The position numbers were made by a program, and so were the translations under genes. This document shows positions 1-12,757 of a stretch of 64,000 bases of DNA, piece after piece. Origin of the DNA: Acinetobacter phage Acj61; the sequence record GU911519.1; one strand, given 5' to 3'. How positions within the stretch are numbered: the first letter of the stretch is position 1; the number at the start of each line of letters is the position of its first letter. The notes below the pieces were generated by a model that was not told the DNA's origin, searched no databases, and saw only the letters and a list, made by a program, of their open reading frames with translations.

Positions 1-478
1 GAACAAAGATACCCGAGCTATTTTGTTCCAGCGTATTGGATACAAGTATGGCGGTGGTGGCAACTTGTTCAAACGCCCTGACTTGCGTGGTCTTTTTGTA
101 CGTGGTGCTGGCACGGGCCAAGACATCTTGGATGCACGCGGATATGACAATAAAAATAAACCTCTTTTAGGTAATGGTTGTGATGGCGGTTACCTAGGAC
201 AAGTTCAAAAGCAACAGATTGCTGAACACAAACACGCAACCGGTTGGGGAGAACGATACACCGGTAATGAAGCACGATATGGACGATCTGCTGGTACAGG
301 CTACTATGGTTCTGCGAAATCCGACTGGGACAACTTCATGTACTTCACAAACGACGGATACGAAATCGACGCTGACTGGCAACGAAGCGAAGTAAGTACA
401 TTAAACCGTAAAGATTTGATTGGTACTGAAGTTCGTCCATGGAATATGTCTCTTTATTACATTATCAAGGTAGCTTAA
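1..478 (+). CDS. 12: Short tail fibre gp12, C-terminal part (gene starts upstream of the window)
   Basis: The ORF runs to the window edge. It has a PDLRGLFVRG tail-collar motif and Gly-rich repeats. It sits immediately upstream of wac, as in T4. Confidence 0.65.
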   Translation, partial: NKDTRAILFQRIGYKYGGGGNLFKRPDLRGLFVRGAGTGQDILDARGYDNKNKPLLGNGCDGGYLGQVQKQQIAEHKHATGWGERYTGNEARYGRSAGTGYYGSAKSDWDNFMYFTNDGYEIDADWQRSEVSTLNRKDLIGTEVRPWNMSLYYIIKVA

Positions 479-1729
479 ATGATTGCATTACACAAAATCC
501 CATTCGTAACTGGTCTTCCAGACGATGGTCAAAAAAGTATCACTTGGGTTCGCAATGGCGAACTCTTGGAAGGTGCTTCAACTAAAAAAGGACATGATGG
601 AGTATTGAATGCTGCAGGTGTCCAAATTCAAGAAAACGTCGTTGTATTGGACGAGAATCTTCGTCTAATCTCTGGCACACTGGATGTGTCAAACGAAAAA
701 ATCGAAAAGATTGAAGAAATTCTTGCTGTCACAGGTAACCTTGATTTGGTCGAACAAGTTAAGAAAAATACCGAGTCAATTGAAGGAATCAATTTCCATT
801 TAGAACAAACCAATGAGCGTGTCGATCGTATCAGTGCTGATAGTTCACAATTGGTTCTTGATGTTGGTACACGAACAATCAGTTCAGGTACTCGTACCAT
901 TTTTGATGACTTAGTTTTTGTCAAGTCTACTATTGGACAGAACACAGGCGAAGACATCAATGGTAACACAGTTCCAGGTAATGAAGCAACAGGTCTGACA
1001 CGTAAAGTACTCGATGTTACAAAACAGTCACTGAAAAACAAAGATGACGTAGCAATCGTTTCTGCTATTGTTGAATCAGCTGACTTGCCTCAATTGATTG
1101 CTAATGATGCTCAAATTCGTGCTGAACTTGGTACAAAACCTGTCGATCCAAATGTTCCACCAATCTATTTCCGAATCAACACATTGGAAAATTCTCATAT
1201 TGAGAATAAAGACAAGATTGCTGAAATCTCAACAGAAATTGGACTCGGTGCACGTCATATTGGTACTGAAGTGACATCAAACACAACTCGAATTTTGGCT
1301 CTTGAGGGTACAATCAACACTCCTTCAACAGGTTTGAAACCTCGTGTTGAAGTTCTTGAAGCTACTATTGCTACACCTGGTACAGGCCTCTCAGATCGAG
1401 TTGCTAAGAACACACTTGATATCTCAACAATAAATACAAAAATCGATACCGAACTTACAACAAACATTAAAAACGTTTCAGATTTCGTAGGTTATGGCAC
1501 TGTTCCTGCTCCAAAAACATCACTTGCTGGCAAATTGGACACATTGACTGCTCTTCATAACGATACGGCAGCATCAGTACAAGATTTGCAAGTTGAGATT
1601 GGAAACAACTCAAGTGGTATGAAGGCGGACATCAAGAAACTTCAAGATTCTGTAGCTGCACAAGCTCTAGAAATTAAAGCAATTGATGCTCGATTAAAAC
1701 TTGTAGAAGATAAAGTCGCAAATCTTTAA
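479..1729 (+). CDS. wac: Fibritin (whisker/neck fibre)
   Basis: 416 aa. The N-terminus (IPFVTGLPDDGQKSITWVRNGELLEG) aligns with the T4 Wac N-terminus. The protein has a long heptad/coiled-coil body. Its position between 12 and 13 matches T4. Confidence 0.85.
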   Translation: MIALHKIPFVTGLPDDGQKSITWVRNGELLEGASTKKGHDGVLNAAGVQIQENVVVLDENLRLISGTLDVSNEKIEKIEEILAVTGNLDLVEQVKKNTESIEGINFHLEQTNERVDRISADSSQLVLDVGTRTISSGTRTIFDDLVFVKSTIGQNTGEDINGNTVPGNEATGLTRKVLDVTKQSLKNKDDVAIVSAIVESADLPQLIANDAQIRAELGTKPVDPNVPPIYFRINTLENSHIENKDKIAEISTEIGLGARHIGTEVTSNTTRILALEGTINTPSTGLKPRVEVLEATIATPGTGLSDRVAKNTLDISTINTKIDTELTTNIKNVSDFVGYGTVPAPKTSLAGKLDTLTALHNDTAASVQDLQVEIGNNSSGMKADIKKLQDSVAAQALEIKAIDARLKLVEDKVANL

Positions 1730-1736
1730 GGCGATA

Positions 1737-1750
1737 GGGCCTTCGGGCCC
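1737..1750 (+). terminator. Stem-loop GGGCCTTCGGGCCC between wac and gene 13
   Basis: GC-rich hairpin with a TTCG-type loop. Weak T-tract. Confidence 0.45.
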
Positions 1751-1761
1751 ATTGAGGTATT

Positions 1762-2691
1762 ATGTTTACAGAACCAAAAAATCCACAACAGCTAAAGGAC
1801 TATATCCTTGAACGACTTGGTGCTCCGATTATCAATATCGAAGTCACAGAATCTCAAGTATATCAATGCATACAACGTTCTCTAGAGCTGTTTGGTGAAT
1901 ATCACTATAATGGACTCAACCGAACTTTCAAAGTAATCTACATTGGCGAAGATGAAAAATGGAAAGACGGCGTGTTCGACCTTCAAGACGACAATATTTT
2001 TGCTGTTACAAAGATTCTTCGTTCAAACACGTCTATGACAAGTTTAATGACAATGGATGGTTCAGCAACTTATCCATGGGCTCAAGACTTTATTTTAGGC
2101 ATGACTGGATTCAATGGCGGTAACTCATGTTCTCGTACATTTGGTCCTAACATGTTTGGTGGCGAGCTTGGTTATTTCACAATGATCATGCAGTACTGGA
2201 ATTTGATGCAGAAGATGTTCAATCCAGAGCCTGACTATTGGTACAATGACACAACAGGTCAATTGAAAATCATTGGCAATTTCAAGAAAAATGATTTCTT
2301 AGTTCTTGAAGTATGGACTAAAGCATTTGTTGATACCGAACGTTCAGTTGGAGCTTATGCTGGCTATGGCTATGCTGGCTCACAACAAACGAATAATTGG
2401 GGAGTTTCAGACATTTATGATAATGCTGATCGTCAACAAACCGGTTATTACGCAGGTGAGGAATCAAGTTTGAAACATGGAGCGTTCAATAATCGCTGGG
2501 TTAAAGACTATGCAACATGTCTAGTTAAGTACACGAATGGCCAAATTCTTGCCAAGCATCAAGGCATGGCATTACCAGGCGGTACAACAGTCGATGGAGT
2601 TCGATTGATTGATGAGGCTGAACGAGAAATGCTTCGATTACGAGAAGAGCTCGATTCATTGTCACCAGGCTGCCCAATCTTAATAGGATAA
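1762..2691 (+). CDS. 13: Neck protein gp13
   Basis: 309 aa, the same length as T4 gp13, and in the matching position in the 13-14-15 block. Confidence 0.85.
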   Translation: MFTEPKNPQQLKDYILERLGAPIINIEVTESQVYQCIQRSLELFGEYHYNGLNRTFKVIYIGEDEKWKDGVFDLQDDNIFAVTKILRSNTSMTSLMTMDGSATYPWAQDFILGMTGFNGGNSCSRTFGPNMFGGELGYFTMIMQYWNLMQKMFNPEPDYWYNDTTGQLKIIGNFKKNDFLVLEVWTKAFVDTERSVGAYAGYGYAGSQQTNNWGVSDIYDNADRQQTGYYAGEESSLKHGAFNNRWVKDYATCLVKYTNGQILAKHQGMALPGGTTVDGVRLIDEAEREMLRLREELDSLSPGCPILIG

Positions 2692-2694
2692 ATT

Positions 2695-3462
2695 ATGAAC
2701 ACATACGATAGTTCACTGTTTGCTAAACTCGGAAACGACACAGGCTACAATCAAACTAATGTTCACAACATCCTCAATCCATACGTAAACTTCCATAAAT
2801 TTGAAAACACTCAAACTCTTCAAGACGCATTGGTTGCAGAATCAGTGCAGATGAGAGGAGTTGAGTGTTACTATTTGCCTCGTGAATTTGCTAATCTTGA
2901 TTTGCTGTTCGGTGAAGACCCACAATCAAAATTCAACAAAGCATGGAAATTTGCAGCATATCTACAGTCATTCGAAAATTATAGTGGCTCAAATACTTTC
3001 TTTGGAAAGTTTGGTATGCAGGTCAATGATGAAGTAACATTAGCTATCAATCCAAACTTGTTCAAACACCAATGTAATGGCAAAGAGCCTATCGAAGGTG
3101 ATTTGATCTATTTCGCAATGGACAATTCATTGTTTGAAATCACTTGGGTTGAGCCTTACGATCCATTCTACCAAGTCGGTAAGAACGCAATTCGACGTAT
3201 AACAGCACAAAAATTCATCTACTCAGGTGAAGAGATCAAACCAGAGCTGCAACGAAATGAAGGAATCCACATCCCGGAATTTGATGAGCTTGAACTCAAT
3301 CCAATCCATAATCTCAATGGACGCGCTGACATTTACGAAGACGAGTTCCAAGAATCAAAATTGCTTCAAAAAGAATCGAGTGAATTTGTTCAGCCACATG
3401 TTGTCATCAACAACAGAGGAACTGAAGCAACTCCATTTGACGATGACTTTATGAGCATGTAA
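2695..3462 (+). CDS. 14: Neck protein gp14
   Basis: 255 aa against 256 aa in T4, in syntenic position. Confidence 0.85.
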   Translation: MNTYDSSLFAKLGNDTGYNQTNVHNILNPYVNFHKFENTQTLQDALVAESVQMRGVECYYLPREFANLDLLFGEDPQSKFNKAWKFAAYLQSFENYSGSNTFFGKFGMQVNDEVTLAINPNLFKHQCNGKEPIEGDLIYFAMDNSLFEITWVEPYDPFYQVGKNAIRRITAQKFIYSGEEIKPELQRNEGIHIPEFDELELNPIHNLNGRADIYEDEFQESKLLQKESSEFVQPHVVINNRGTEATPFDDDFMSM

Positions 3463-3469
3463 CAGCATT

Positions 3470-3477
3470 TATAAATA
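3470..3477 (+). promoter_or_regulatory. Late promoter TATAAATA upstream of gene 15
   Basis: Exact T4 late consensus 36 nt before the ATG, followed by the stem-loop ACCTATTAC...GTAATAGGT. Confidence 0.6.
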
Positions 3478-3512
3478 CCTATTACAGAGACGTAATAGGT
3501 ATAGGAGGCGCC

Positions 3513-4336
3513 ATGTTTGGCTATTGGTACAATTCTGCGATGAGACGTTACATCGTCATGATGGGAGATTTGTTTTCACATGTCCAAGTCATGCGTCGCC
3601 GAGATGATAAGATTGAACTTCAACGAGTTCCTATCACTTATGCATCAAAAGAACGATTCGTAGAAAAATTAAGAGCGATCACATCAGTCAATTCTGAGAT
3701 GCCGATTGCTAAAGTAGAAACTATTCTGCCGCGCATGTCACTTCACTTAGTTGACATCGTATACAATGCACCGTATAAGACGAACATTCAAAATCGCTTG
3801 GTGCGAAATAAGCCAGGTTCTATTGAGACGATTTCTCAGTACAACCCAACGCCAGTCAAAATGATTTTCGAACTCGGTATTTTTACTCGTCATCAAGACG
3901 ACATGTTCCAAATCATTGAACAAATTTTTCCATACTTCCAACCACACTTTAATGTTAAGATGACTGAATTGCATCAGAATGACATTAAAATCGATCGTGA
4001 TATTCGAGTTGTGTTGCAATCAACAGCAATTGATGAAATGATCGAAACCGACAATTTAACACGTCGTCGATTGGAATGGACACTAATTTTCGAAGTCAAT
4101 GGATGGATTTATCCACCAGTTGCAGACATCGAAGGTGAAATTCGTACGATTTATCTCGATTTCTTTTCAAACGAAAAAGAACTCTCGCCAGAAGGCAGTT
4201 TTGAATCAGTTGACTTCCAAGTCGACCCAGTAGATTCATCACGTGAGGAGTGGGAGAAAAATCGTAAAGTTATAACCTCTCAGAGCGCTGGAAAACCAAT
4301 TCCACAAGACCCTGAGCCACCACATGTGAGAGAGCC

Positions 4337-4340
<4 letters not shown>
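3513..4340 (+). CDS. 15: Tail sheath stabiliser / tail completion protein gp15
   Basis: 275 aa against 272 aa in T4. It is preceded by a TATAAATA late promoter and overlaps gene 16 by ATGA. Confidence 0.85.
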
Positions 4341-6657
<2,317 letters not shown>

Positions 6658-6689
6658 TTGAAAAAGCACTCAAATTAAGAGGATTAATA

Positions 6690-8672
6690 ATGCCTTTATT
6701 ATCTCCGGGCGTTGAGCTCAAAGAAAATACCACACAAAGCACAGTGGTTCAAAACGCTACTGGTCGTGCAGCTATGGCCGGTAAGTTCCAATGGGGTCCA
6801 GCATTCCAAGTCATCCAAGTTACAAACGAAGTTGAACTTGTTGAAATGTTCGGTCAACCAGACACTCATACTTCTGACTATTTCTTGTCAGCATCAAACT
6901 TCTTAGCGTATGGTAATGACCTTCGTATCGTTCGTGTCGTTAACGTCGAAACAGCTAAGAACGCATCGCCTTTAACCGGTAACCTTAATTGGACAATCAC
7001 TGCTGGAGGTTCGAACTATGCTGTTGGTGATACAGTTCGTGTAAAATATCTCACAACTGTTGTTGAACCTGCTGGTAAAGTTACAAAAGTCGACCGTGAT
7101 GGTAAAATTTTGTCTGTGTTCATCCCAAGTGCAAAAATTTCGCAATATGCTAAATCGATTAGCCAATTCCCAGCCCTTAGTGATTCTTGGACAGTTGAGA
7201 TCGTTTCAACAGGTTCTGGTATCTCAGGCGCAATCACTGTAGGTGAAGTTGTTACTGATTCTGGAATTATTTTGACAGACCCAGACACATCACTTGAAAC
7301 CGTGAACAGCACTAAGTTCCAAACCGCTATCAAAAAATACGAAATGCCTTCAATCGTTGCATTGTATCCAGGTGAGACTGGTGATCAACTTGAAGTAGAA
7401 GTAATTTCTAAAGATGGTTATGAAGCCGGCGCTGGTAAAGAACTCAACATCTATCCAGATGGCGGTACTCGTACTTCAACAGCAAAAGCAGTATTTGGTT
7501 ATGGTCCACAAACTGAAAACCAATATGCGTTGATCGTTCGTCGTAATGATGCAATCGTTGAGTCAGTTGTTCTTTCAACAGTACGCGGTGAAAAAGACGT
7601 GTATGGCAACAACATCTTCATGGATGACTACTTTGCTAAAGGTTCATCAAACTTCATTTTCGCATCATCAATGAACTGGCCTAAAGGCTTCTCAGGTATT
7701 GTGAAATTACGTGGTGGTGTATCTGCAAATGATAAAGTTACTGCAGGCGATTTGATGCTTGGTTGGGACAAATTCGTTGATCGCGAAGCATTGTTCGTAA
7801 ACTTGCTTATCGCTGGTTCATGCGCTGGTGAATCTGATGAAGTTGCTTCAACAGTTCAGAAACACGTAGTTGCTATTGCTGATGAACGTCAAGATGTATT
7901 GGCTCTTGTATCACCTCCATGTGGCACAATTGTTAATGTACCTCTTATTCGTGCTGTTGATAACCTTATCGATTGGCGTACAGGTCAAGGTACTTATGAT
8001 ACAGCAAACATGAACATTGGTTCAACTTACGTTGAAATTGATGGTAACTACAAGTACCAATACGACAAATATAATGACGTGAACCGTTGGGTTCCATTGG
8101 CAGCTGATATTGCTGGTTTATGTGCTCGTACAGACAACGTATCACAGCCTTGGATGTCACCAGCTGGTTATAACCGTGGTCAAATCTTGAACTGCATCAA
8201 ATTGGCTATCGAACCTCGTCAAGCACAACGTGATCGTTTGTATCAAGAAGGAATCAACCCAGTGACTGGCTTCTCTGGTGGTGATGGCTTCATTCTATTT
8301 GGTGATAAGACAGCTACAAAAGCTCCTACACCATTCGATCGTATCAACGTTCGTCGTTTGTTCAACATGCTCAAGAAAAACATTGGCGATGCTTCAAAAT
8401 ATCGTTTGTTTGAGATGAATGACGCGTTCACTCGTAGTTCATTCCGTATGGAGACATCTCAATACTTAAGTGGTATTAAAGCATTGGGTGGTATCTATGA
8501 CTTCCGAGTTGTATGTGATACTACTAACAACACGCCTGCAGTTATTGATCGTAATGAATTTGTTGCTACGTTTTATATCAAACCGGCGCGGTCGATTAAT
8601 TACATCACTCTTAACTTTGTTGCAACTGCAACAAGTGCAGACTTTGACGAGTTGATTGGCACAAATAATTAA
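6690..8672 (+). CDS. 18: Tail sheath protein gp18
   Basis: 660 aa against 659 aa in T4. A TATAAATA late promoter lies at 6650-6657 and an SD (AAGAGGA) precedes the start. Confidence 0.95.
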   Translation: MPLLSPGVELKENTTQSTVVQNATGRAAMAGKFQWGPAFQVIQVTNEVELVEMFGQPDTHTSDYFLSASNFLAYGNDLRIVRVVNVETAKNASPLTGNLNWTITAGGSNYAVGDTVRVKYLTTVVEPAGKVTKVDRDGKILSVFIPSAKISQYAKSISQFPALSDSWTVEIVSTGSGISGAITVGEVVTDSGIILTDPDTSLETVNSTKFQTAIKKYEMPSIVALYPGETGDQLEVEVISKDGYEAGAGKELNIYPDGGTRTSTAKAVFGYGPQTENQYALIVRRNDAIVESVVLSTVRGEKDVYGNNIFMDDYFAKGSSNFIFASSMNWPKGFSGIVKLRGGVSANDKVTAGDLMLGWDKFVDREALFVNLLIAGSCAGESDEVASTVQKHVVAIADERQDVLALVSPPCGTIVNVPLIRAVDNLIDWRTGQGTYDTANMNIGSTYVEIDGNYKYQYDKYNDVNRWVPLAADIAGLCARTDNVSQPWMSPAGYNRGQILNCIKLAIEPRQAQRDRLYQEGINPVTGFSGGDGFILFGDKTATKAPTPFDRINVRRLFNMLKKNIGDASKYRLFEMNDAFTRSSFRMETSQYLSGIKALGGIYDFRVVCDTTNNTPAVIDRNEFVATFYIKPARSINYITLNFVATATSADFDELIGTNN

Positions 8673-8679
8673 TCTTGAT

Positions 8680-8710
8680 GGCTCTCTATAAATAATCAAT
8701 ATAGAGAGCC
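8680..8710 (+). promoter_or_regulatory. Late promoter TATAAATA (8687-8694) embedded in the 11-bp inverted repeat GGCTCTCTATA/TATAGAGAGCC, upstream of the HNH gene
   Basis: Exact consensus. The palindrome arms are at 8680-8690 and 8700-8710. Confidence 0.55.
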
Positions 8711-8723
8711 TATTGAGATAGAG

Positions 8724-9350
8724 ATGATTATTGATCAAACTGTTAAAGTTAAAATTGTCGCAAGTAACTTCAAATATTTTTCTGAACTTGGATATGAGTT
8801 GAAGAAGCTCGAACGTCGTGGTGCTAACCCTCAAATTCTTGATGTCAAAATTGAGCATTTGAAACCAGGATCAAATATGCAAGTTTCATGTCAATGTGAT
8901 AGATGTTCAGAAGTGTACACGCAGAGATTCTGTCGAGACACTGACACCTGTTATGCATGTAGAAAACATTTAAGTCTTTTAGGTAACAAGCATGGTGCAG
9001 GTGGTGGATATACTATCCCTTCTATGCAAGGCGAAAATCACCCTCGTTGGAACCCTAATAAATCTGAAAAACGAAAGTACACAAATGCGTGCAATAAAGT
9101 AACAGCACAATTTGATTTAAGCGTACTTGAAAATTCTGATAAGCCTAGAGGTTTATGTGGTGTTGAAGGCGCATATCAACTTGATCATATCATTCCTATC
9201 CAATACGGATTTGAAAATAGTATCCCGCCAGAAATTATTGGACATATCGATAATCTCCAATTTATTCCATGGGAAGAAAATAATGCTAAACGAGACAAAT
9301 TACTAAAGGAGATTCCTAATGGAATTGACCGATTTAACACGCGCGTTTGA
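8724..9350 (+). CDS. Free-standing HNH homing-type endonuclease
   Basis: 208 aa. It has CxxC...CxxC zinc knuckles and an HNH core (YQLDHIIPIQYG...NLQFIPWEENNAKRD). It has its own TATAAATA promoter inside a hairpin and overlaps gene 19 by 32 nt. T4 has no gene between 18 and 19. Confidence 0.8.
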   Translation: MIIDQTVKVKIVASNFKYFSELGYELKKLERRGANPQILDVKIEHLKPGSNMQVSCQCDRCSEVYTQRFCRDTDTCYACRKHLSLLGNKHGAGGGYTIPSMQGENHPRWNPNKSEKRKYTNACNKVTAQFDLSVLENSDKPRGLCGVEGAYQLDHIIPIQYGFENSIPPEIIGHIDNLQFIPWEENNAKRDKLLKEIPNGIDRFNTRV

Positions 9351-9810
9351 GTCTGGCGACTTTGCACGTCCGAACTTGTTTGAAGTAGAAATCCCTTATC
9401 TTGGTAAGAATTTTAGCTTCAAATGTAAAGCTGCTGCGATGCCAGCTGCTAATGTAGACAAAATTGCTGTTGGCTACATGAACCGAAAATTAAACGTTGC
9501 TGGTGACCGAACATTTGATGATTGGAACTGCACAATTTATTCTGATGACAAGCATGAAACACGTCAAGCGATTCTCGATTGGCAAAACATGGCACATGGT
9601 CAGGGTAACGAAATCACTGGTGCTACACCGGCTGAGTACAAGAAACAAGCTATTGTTCGTCAATTTGCTCGTGATGGTAAGACAATTACAAAAGAGTACA
9701 CCATCTACGGTCTGTGGCCTACAGTTGTTGGTGAAGTACAACTTGACTGGGATACCAACTCAGAAGTTGAAACGTTCGAATCAACATTCGCATTAGACTG
9801 GTGGTTGTAA
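9319..9810 (+). CDS. 19: Tail tube protein gp19
   Basis: 163 aa, the same length as T4 gp19, in syntenic position. Confidence 0.9.
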   Translation: MELTDLTRAFESGDFARPNLFEVEIPYLGKNFSFKCKAAAMPAANVDKIAVGYMNRKLNVAGDRTFDDWNCTIYSDDKHETRQAILDWQNMAHGQGNEITGATPAEYKKQAIVRQFARDGKTITKEYTIYGLWPTVVGEVQLDWDTNSEVETFESTFALDWWL

Positions 9811-9830
9811 TCTGATGTGCACCTGATTGG

Positions 9831-9838
9831 TATAAATA
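9831..9838 (+). promoter_or_regulatory. Late promoter TATAAATA upstream of gene 20
   Basis: Exact consensus about 33 nt before the assigned start. Confidence 0.6.
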
Positions 9839-9870
9839 ATCTTATCAATCGGGTGCAATCTGTAGGAGGA

Positions 9871-11439
9871 TATATGCTAGGAGATCAAAACGTTTTAAAA
9901 ATGTTTAGTTTTTGGCAGAAAGTAGACACCACAGAATACGACAACCTTATCAATAACAACTCAGAATCAATCACCGCTCCAAAATTTGATGACGGAGCTC
10001 AAGAAATTGAGTCAGGCTCAGTTGAAGCAGCTTACACAGGTGTAATGCAGCAACTATATGGTGGTACTGATTCAAATGCGAAATCGACTCGTGAGTTAAT
10101 TGACGTTTATCGTAGTTTGATGAATAACTACGAAGTTGATAATGCTGTTCAGGAAATCGTTTCCGATGCAGTTGTGTATGAAGAAGGGCATAATCCTGTC
10201 TCAATTGGTTTAGATCAAACTGGATTCAGTGCTAACATTAAAGACAAAATTTTAGAAGAGTTCAATGTCATTTTGAATTCGTTGAATTTCCAACGAAAGG
10301 GTGCTGATCATTTCAGACGTTGGTATGTCGATTCTCGTGTGTTCTTCCACAAAATTATCGACCCTAAACGCCCTAAGGATGGTATTCTCGAACTTCGACG
10401 TCTCGATCCGCGAAATGTTCAATTCATTCGTGAAATCGTAACTGAGAATGAGGCAGGTGTCAAAGTTGTTAAAGGCTATAAAGAGTACTTTATTTACGAC
10501 ACAGCCAATGAATCGTATGCGTGTGGAGCTCAAATCTTTGCACCTGGTACCAAAATCAAGATTCCTTACTCGGCAATGGTCTATGCTCATTCTGGCTTAG
10601 TTGATTGTTGTGGTAAAAATATTATTGGCTACTTGCATCGTGCAATTAAGCCAGCGAACCAATTAAAAATGCTTGAAGATGCGATGGTAATTTATCGTAT
10701 CACACGTGCACCTGATCGTCGAATTTTCTACATCGATACAGGGAACATGCCTTCTAAAAAGGCTGCTCAGCACATGCAGCACATTATGAATTCGATGCGA
10801 AATCGTGTAGTTTATGATGCTGCTACAGGTAAAATCAAAAATAATCAGAACAACATGGCGTTGACTGAAGATTATTGGTTGCAACGACGTGATGGTAAGG
10901 CTGTTACTGAAGTTGATACATTGCCTGGTATGACGGGAATGAATGAGATGGATGACATCTTATACTTCCGTAAAGCTCTTTATATGGCTCTTCGTGTGCC
11001 TTTATCTCGTATCCCAGACGAACAGACTCAATCAATGTTCGATGCAGGTACAACGATTTCACGTGATGAGTTGCAATTTGACAAATTTATTGCTTCGCTT
11101 CAACATAAGTTTGAAGAGATTTTTCTCAATCCTCTTAAGTCGAACCTATTGCTTAAACGCATTATCACAGACGATGAGTGGAAAGACGAAATAAATAATA
11201 TAAAGATTGTGTTCCACAAAGATTCGTATTTCGCTGAATTGAAAGACGTTGAACTTGACGAACGCAGAATCAACATTCTATCTTTAGCAGAACCGTATGT
11301 TGGTAAGTACATTTCTCACCAAACAGCGATGCGTAAGTACTTACGTATGTCTGACGAAGACATTGAGACCGAGCAAAAGCTAATTAAAGAAGAATTGTCG
11401 AACAAAATTTTTAATCCACCAGACGAAGAGGAAATCTAA
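9871..11439 (+). CDS. 20: Portal vertex protein gp20
   Basis: Long blocks are nearly identical to T4 gp20 ([48 protein letters not shown]). The start is moved to the internal Met (MLGDQ) after the late promoter and an AGGAGGA SD. Confidence 0.95.
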   Translation, partial: YMLGDQNVLKMFSFWQKVDTTEYDNLINNNSESITAPKFDDGAQEIESGSVEAAYTGVMQQLYGGTDSNAKSTRELIDVYRSLMNNYEVDNAVQEIVSDAVVYEEGHNPVSIGLDQTGFSANIKDKILEEFNVILNSLNFQRKGADHFRRWYVDSRVFFHKIIDPKRPKDGILELRRLDPRNVQFIREIVTENEAGVKVVKGYKEYFIYDTANESYACGAQIFAPGTKIKIPYSAMVYAHSGLVDCCGKNIIGYLHRAIKPANQLKMLEDAMVIYRITRAPDRRIFYIDTGNMPSKKAAQHMQHIMNSMRNRVVYDAATGKIKNNQNNMALTEDYWLQRRDGKAVTEVDTLPGMTGMNEMDDILYFRKALYMALRVPLSRIPDEQTQSMFDAGTTISRDELQFDKFIASLQHKFEEIFLNPLKSNLLLKRIITDDEWKDEINNIKIVFHKDSYFAELKDVELDERRINILSLAEPYVGKYISHQTAMRKYLRMSDEDIETEQKLIKEELSNKIFNPPDEEEI

Positions 11440-11663
11440 TGGATGATCTAATTCAAGCCATTGCTTCCAGCGATTTTGTTAAAGTAAAGCAATGTTTTAA
11501 TGAAGCGATGGAACAGCGTAAAGAGTCAGTTATTGCTGAACAACGCAAACTCATTGCATCAAGCGTTATGATCGAAGGCGAAGTAGTTGTTGAAGCCGAA
11601 GACGACGTTGATGACGATGGCAAAACTAAAGACGAAGATGACGAAGATGACGAGGACGAGTAA
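11439..11663 (+). CDS. 67: Prohead core protein gp67
   Basis: 74 aa with an acidic DE-rich C-terminus. It lies between 20 and 68, as in T4. Confidence 0.7.
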   Translation: MDDLIQAIASSDFVKVKQCFNEAMEQRKESVIAEQRKLIASSVMIEGEVVVEAEDDVDDDGKTKDEDDEDDEDE

Positions 11664-12082
11664 TGATTATTGTCGAAAACCAAGTTGTTTTTGATGACGT
11701 TAATGCCTTGCTACCTGAAGCCCAGTCTCGTTTTGATAGCCTTTCAAAGGTGTTTAGCCAAGACGAGATTCGTTCTTTGACTGAAAATTTGGTAAAATCA
11801 GAACCATTAGTTGCTATTGCGCTCGGTTCGATTAACGAAAATATTCAGTTGAATGAGTTCATTGTTAAACATGTATCCGCTAAGGGTGAAGTTACAAAAA
11901 CTCAAGACCGAAAAACTCGTGAACGTAAAGCGTTCCAAACAACTGGCCTTTCAAAATCAGCACGTCGTCAAATTGCTCGCAAGGCTGCCAAGACAAAAAA
12001 GGCTAATCCATCTGAAAAAGTTCGCACTGTCAAAAAACACAAAAAGGCGATGGATAAGCGTAAACGATTAGGACTTGACTAA
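11663..12082 (+). CDS. 68: Prohead core protein gp68
   Basis: 139 aa against 141 aa in T4, with a basic C-terminus, in syntenic position. Confidence 0.7.
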   Translation: MIIVENQVVFDDVNALLPEAQSRFDSLSKVFSQDEIRSLTENLVKSEPLVAIALGSINENIQLNEFIVKHVSAKGEVTKTQDRKTRERKAFQTTGLSKSARRQIARKAAKTKKANPSEKVRTVKKHKKAMDKRKRLGLD

Positions 12083-12726
12083 TGACACAAGAACTCCAAT
12101 TGCTCGTTGAGCATTGGGGTCAGCCTTACGATGTATCAGAAATCAAAGCTACTCAGTTAGATGAATCTTCATCAACTGGACTGCGACCTGGGCTGTACAT
12201 TGAAGGAATTTTCTTGCAAGCCAACGTTGTGAATCGAAACAAGCGAATGTACCCGAAGTCAATTTTGGAACAAGCGATTGATCGTTATATGACTGAGCAA
12301 GTGAAGACCTGTCAAGCTTTAGGTGAATTAAATCATCCACCTCGAGCTATGGTTGACCCAATGCAAGCTGCCATTATTATCGAAGATATGTGGTGGGAAG
12401 GCGATAATGTTTATGGTCGGGCTCGAGTCGTCGAAGGCGATAACGGAGCTGGAGATAAATTAGCCGCATTGATTCGTGCTGGGTGGAAACCTGGTGTATC
12501 GAGTCGTGGACTCGGACAAGTCAAATCTTCAGGACGAGGTTATAATATCGTTCAGGAAGGATTCCGTCTCACCGTAGGTGTGGACGTAGTTTGGGGACCT
12601 AGTGCTCCAGATGCATGGGTAACTCCTAAAGAGATTACCGAAAGCGTTGTGGAAGACACAGTGGTTACAAAACCAAGCGCTGATTCTGCATTTAATTCTC
12701 TCATTGAGAACATGAATGCGTTATAA
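12082..12726 (+). CDS. 21: Prohead core protease gp21
   Basis: 214 aa against 212 aa in T4, in syntenic position upstream of 22-23. Confidence 0.85.
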   Translation: MTQELQLLVEHWGQPYDVSEIKATQLDESSSTGLRPGLYIEGIFLQANVVNRNKRMYPKSILEQAIDRYMTEQVKTCQALGELNHPPRAMVDPMQAAIIIEDMWWEGDNVYGRARVVEGDNGAGDKLAALIRAGWKPGVSSRGLGQVKSSGRGYNIVQEGFRLTVGVDVVWGPSAPDAWVTPKEITESVVEDTVVTKPSADSAFNSLIENMNAL

Positions 12727-12729
12727 ATA
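12722..12729 (+). promoter_or_regulatory. Late promoter TATAAATA upstream of gene 22
   Basis: Exact consensus about 29 nt before the ATG. Confidence 0.6.
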
Positions 12730-12757
12730 AAATTATACAAAATCACAGGAACTTGAA

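Noticed and set aside
9817-9870. Upstream in-frame start (MHLIGINN...) extending the portal gene 20 to 540 aa
   Set aside because: The TATAAATA late promoter (9831-9838) lies inside this extension. The homologous T4 N-terminus aligns from the internal Met (MLGDQ, 9871), which has an AGGAGGA SD.
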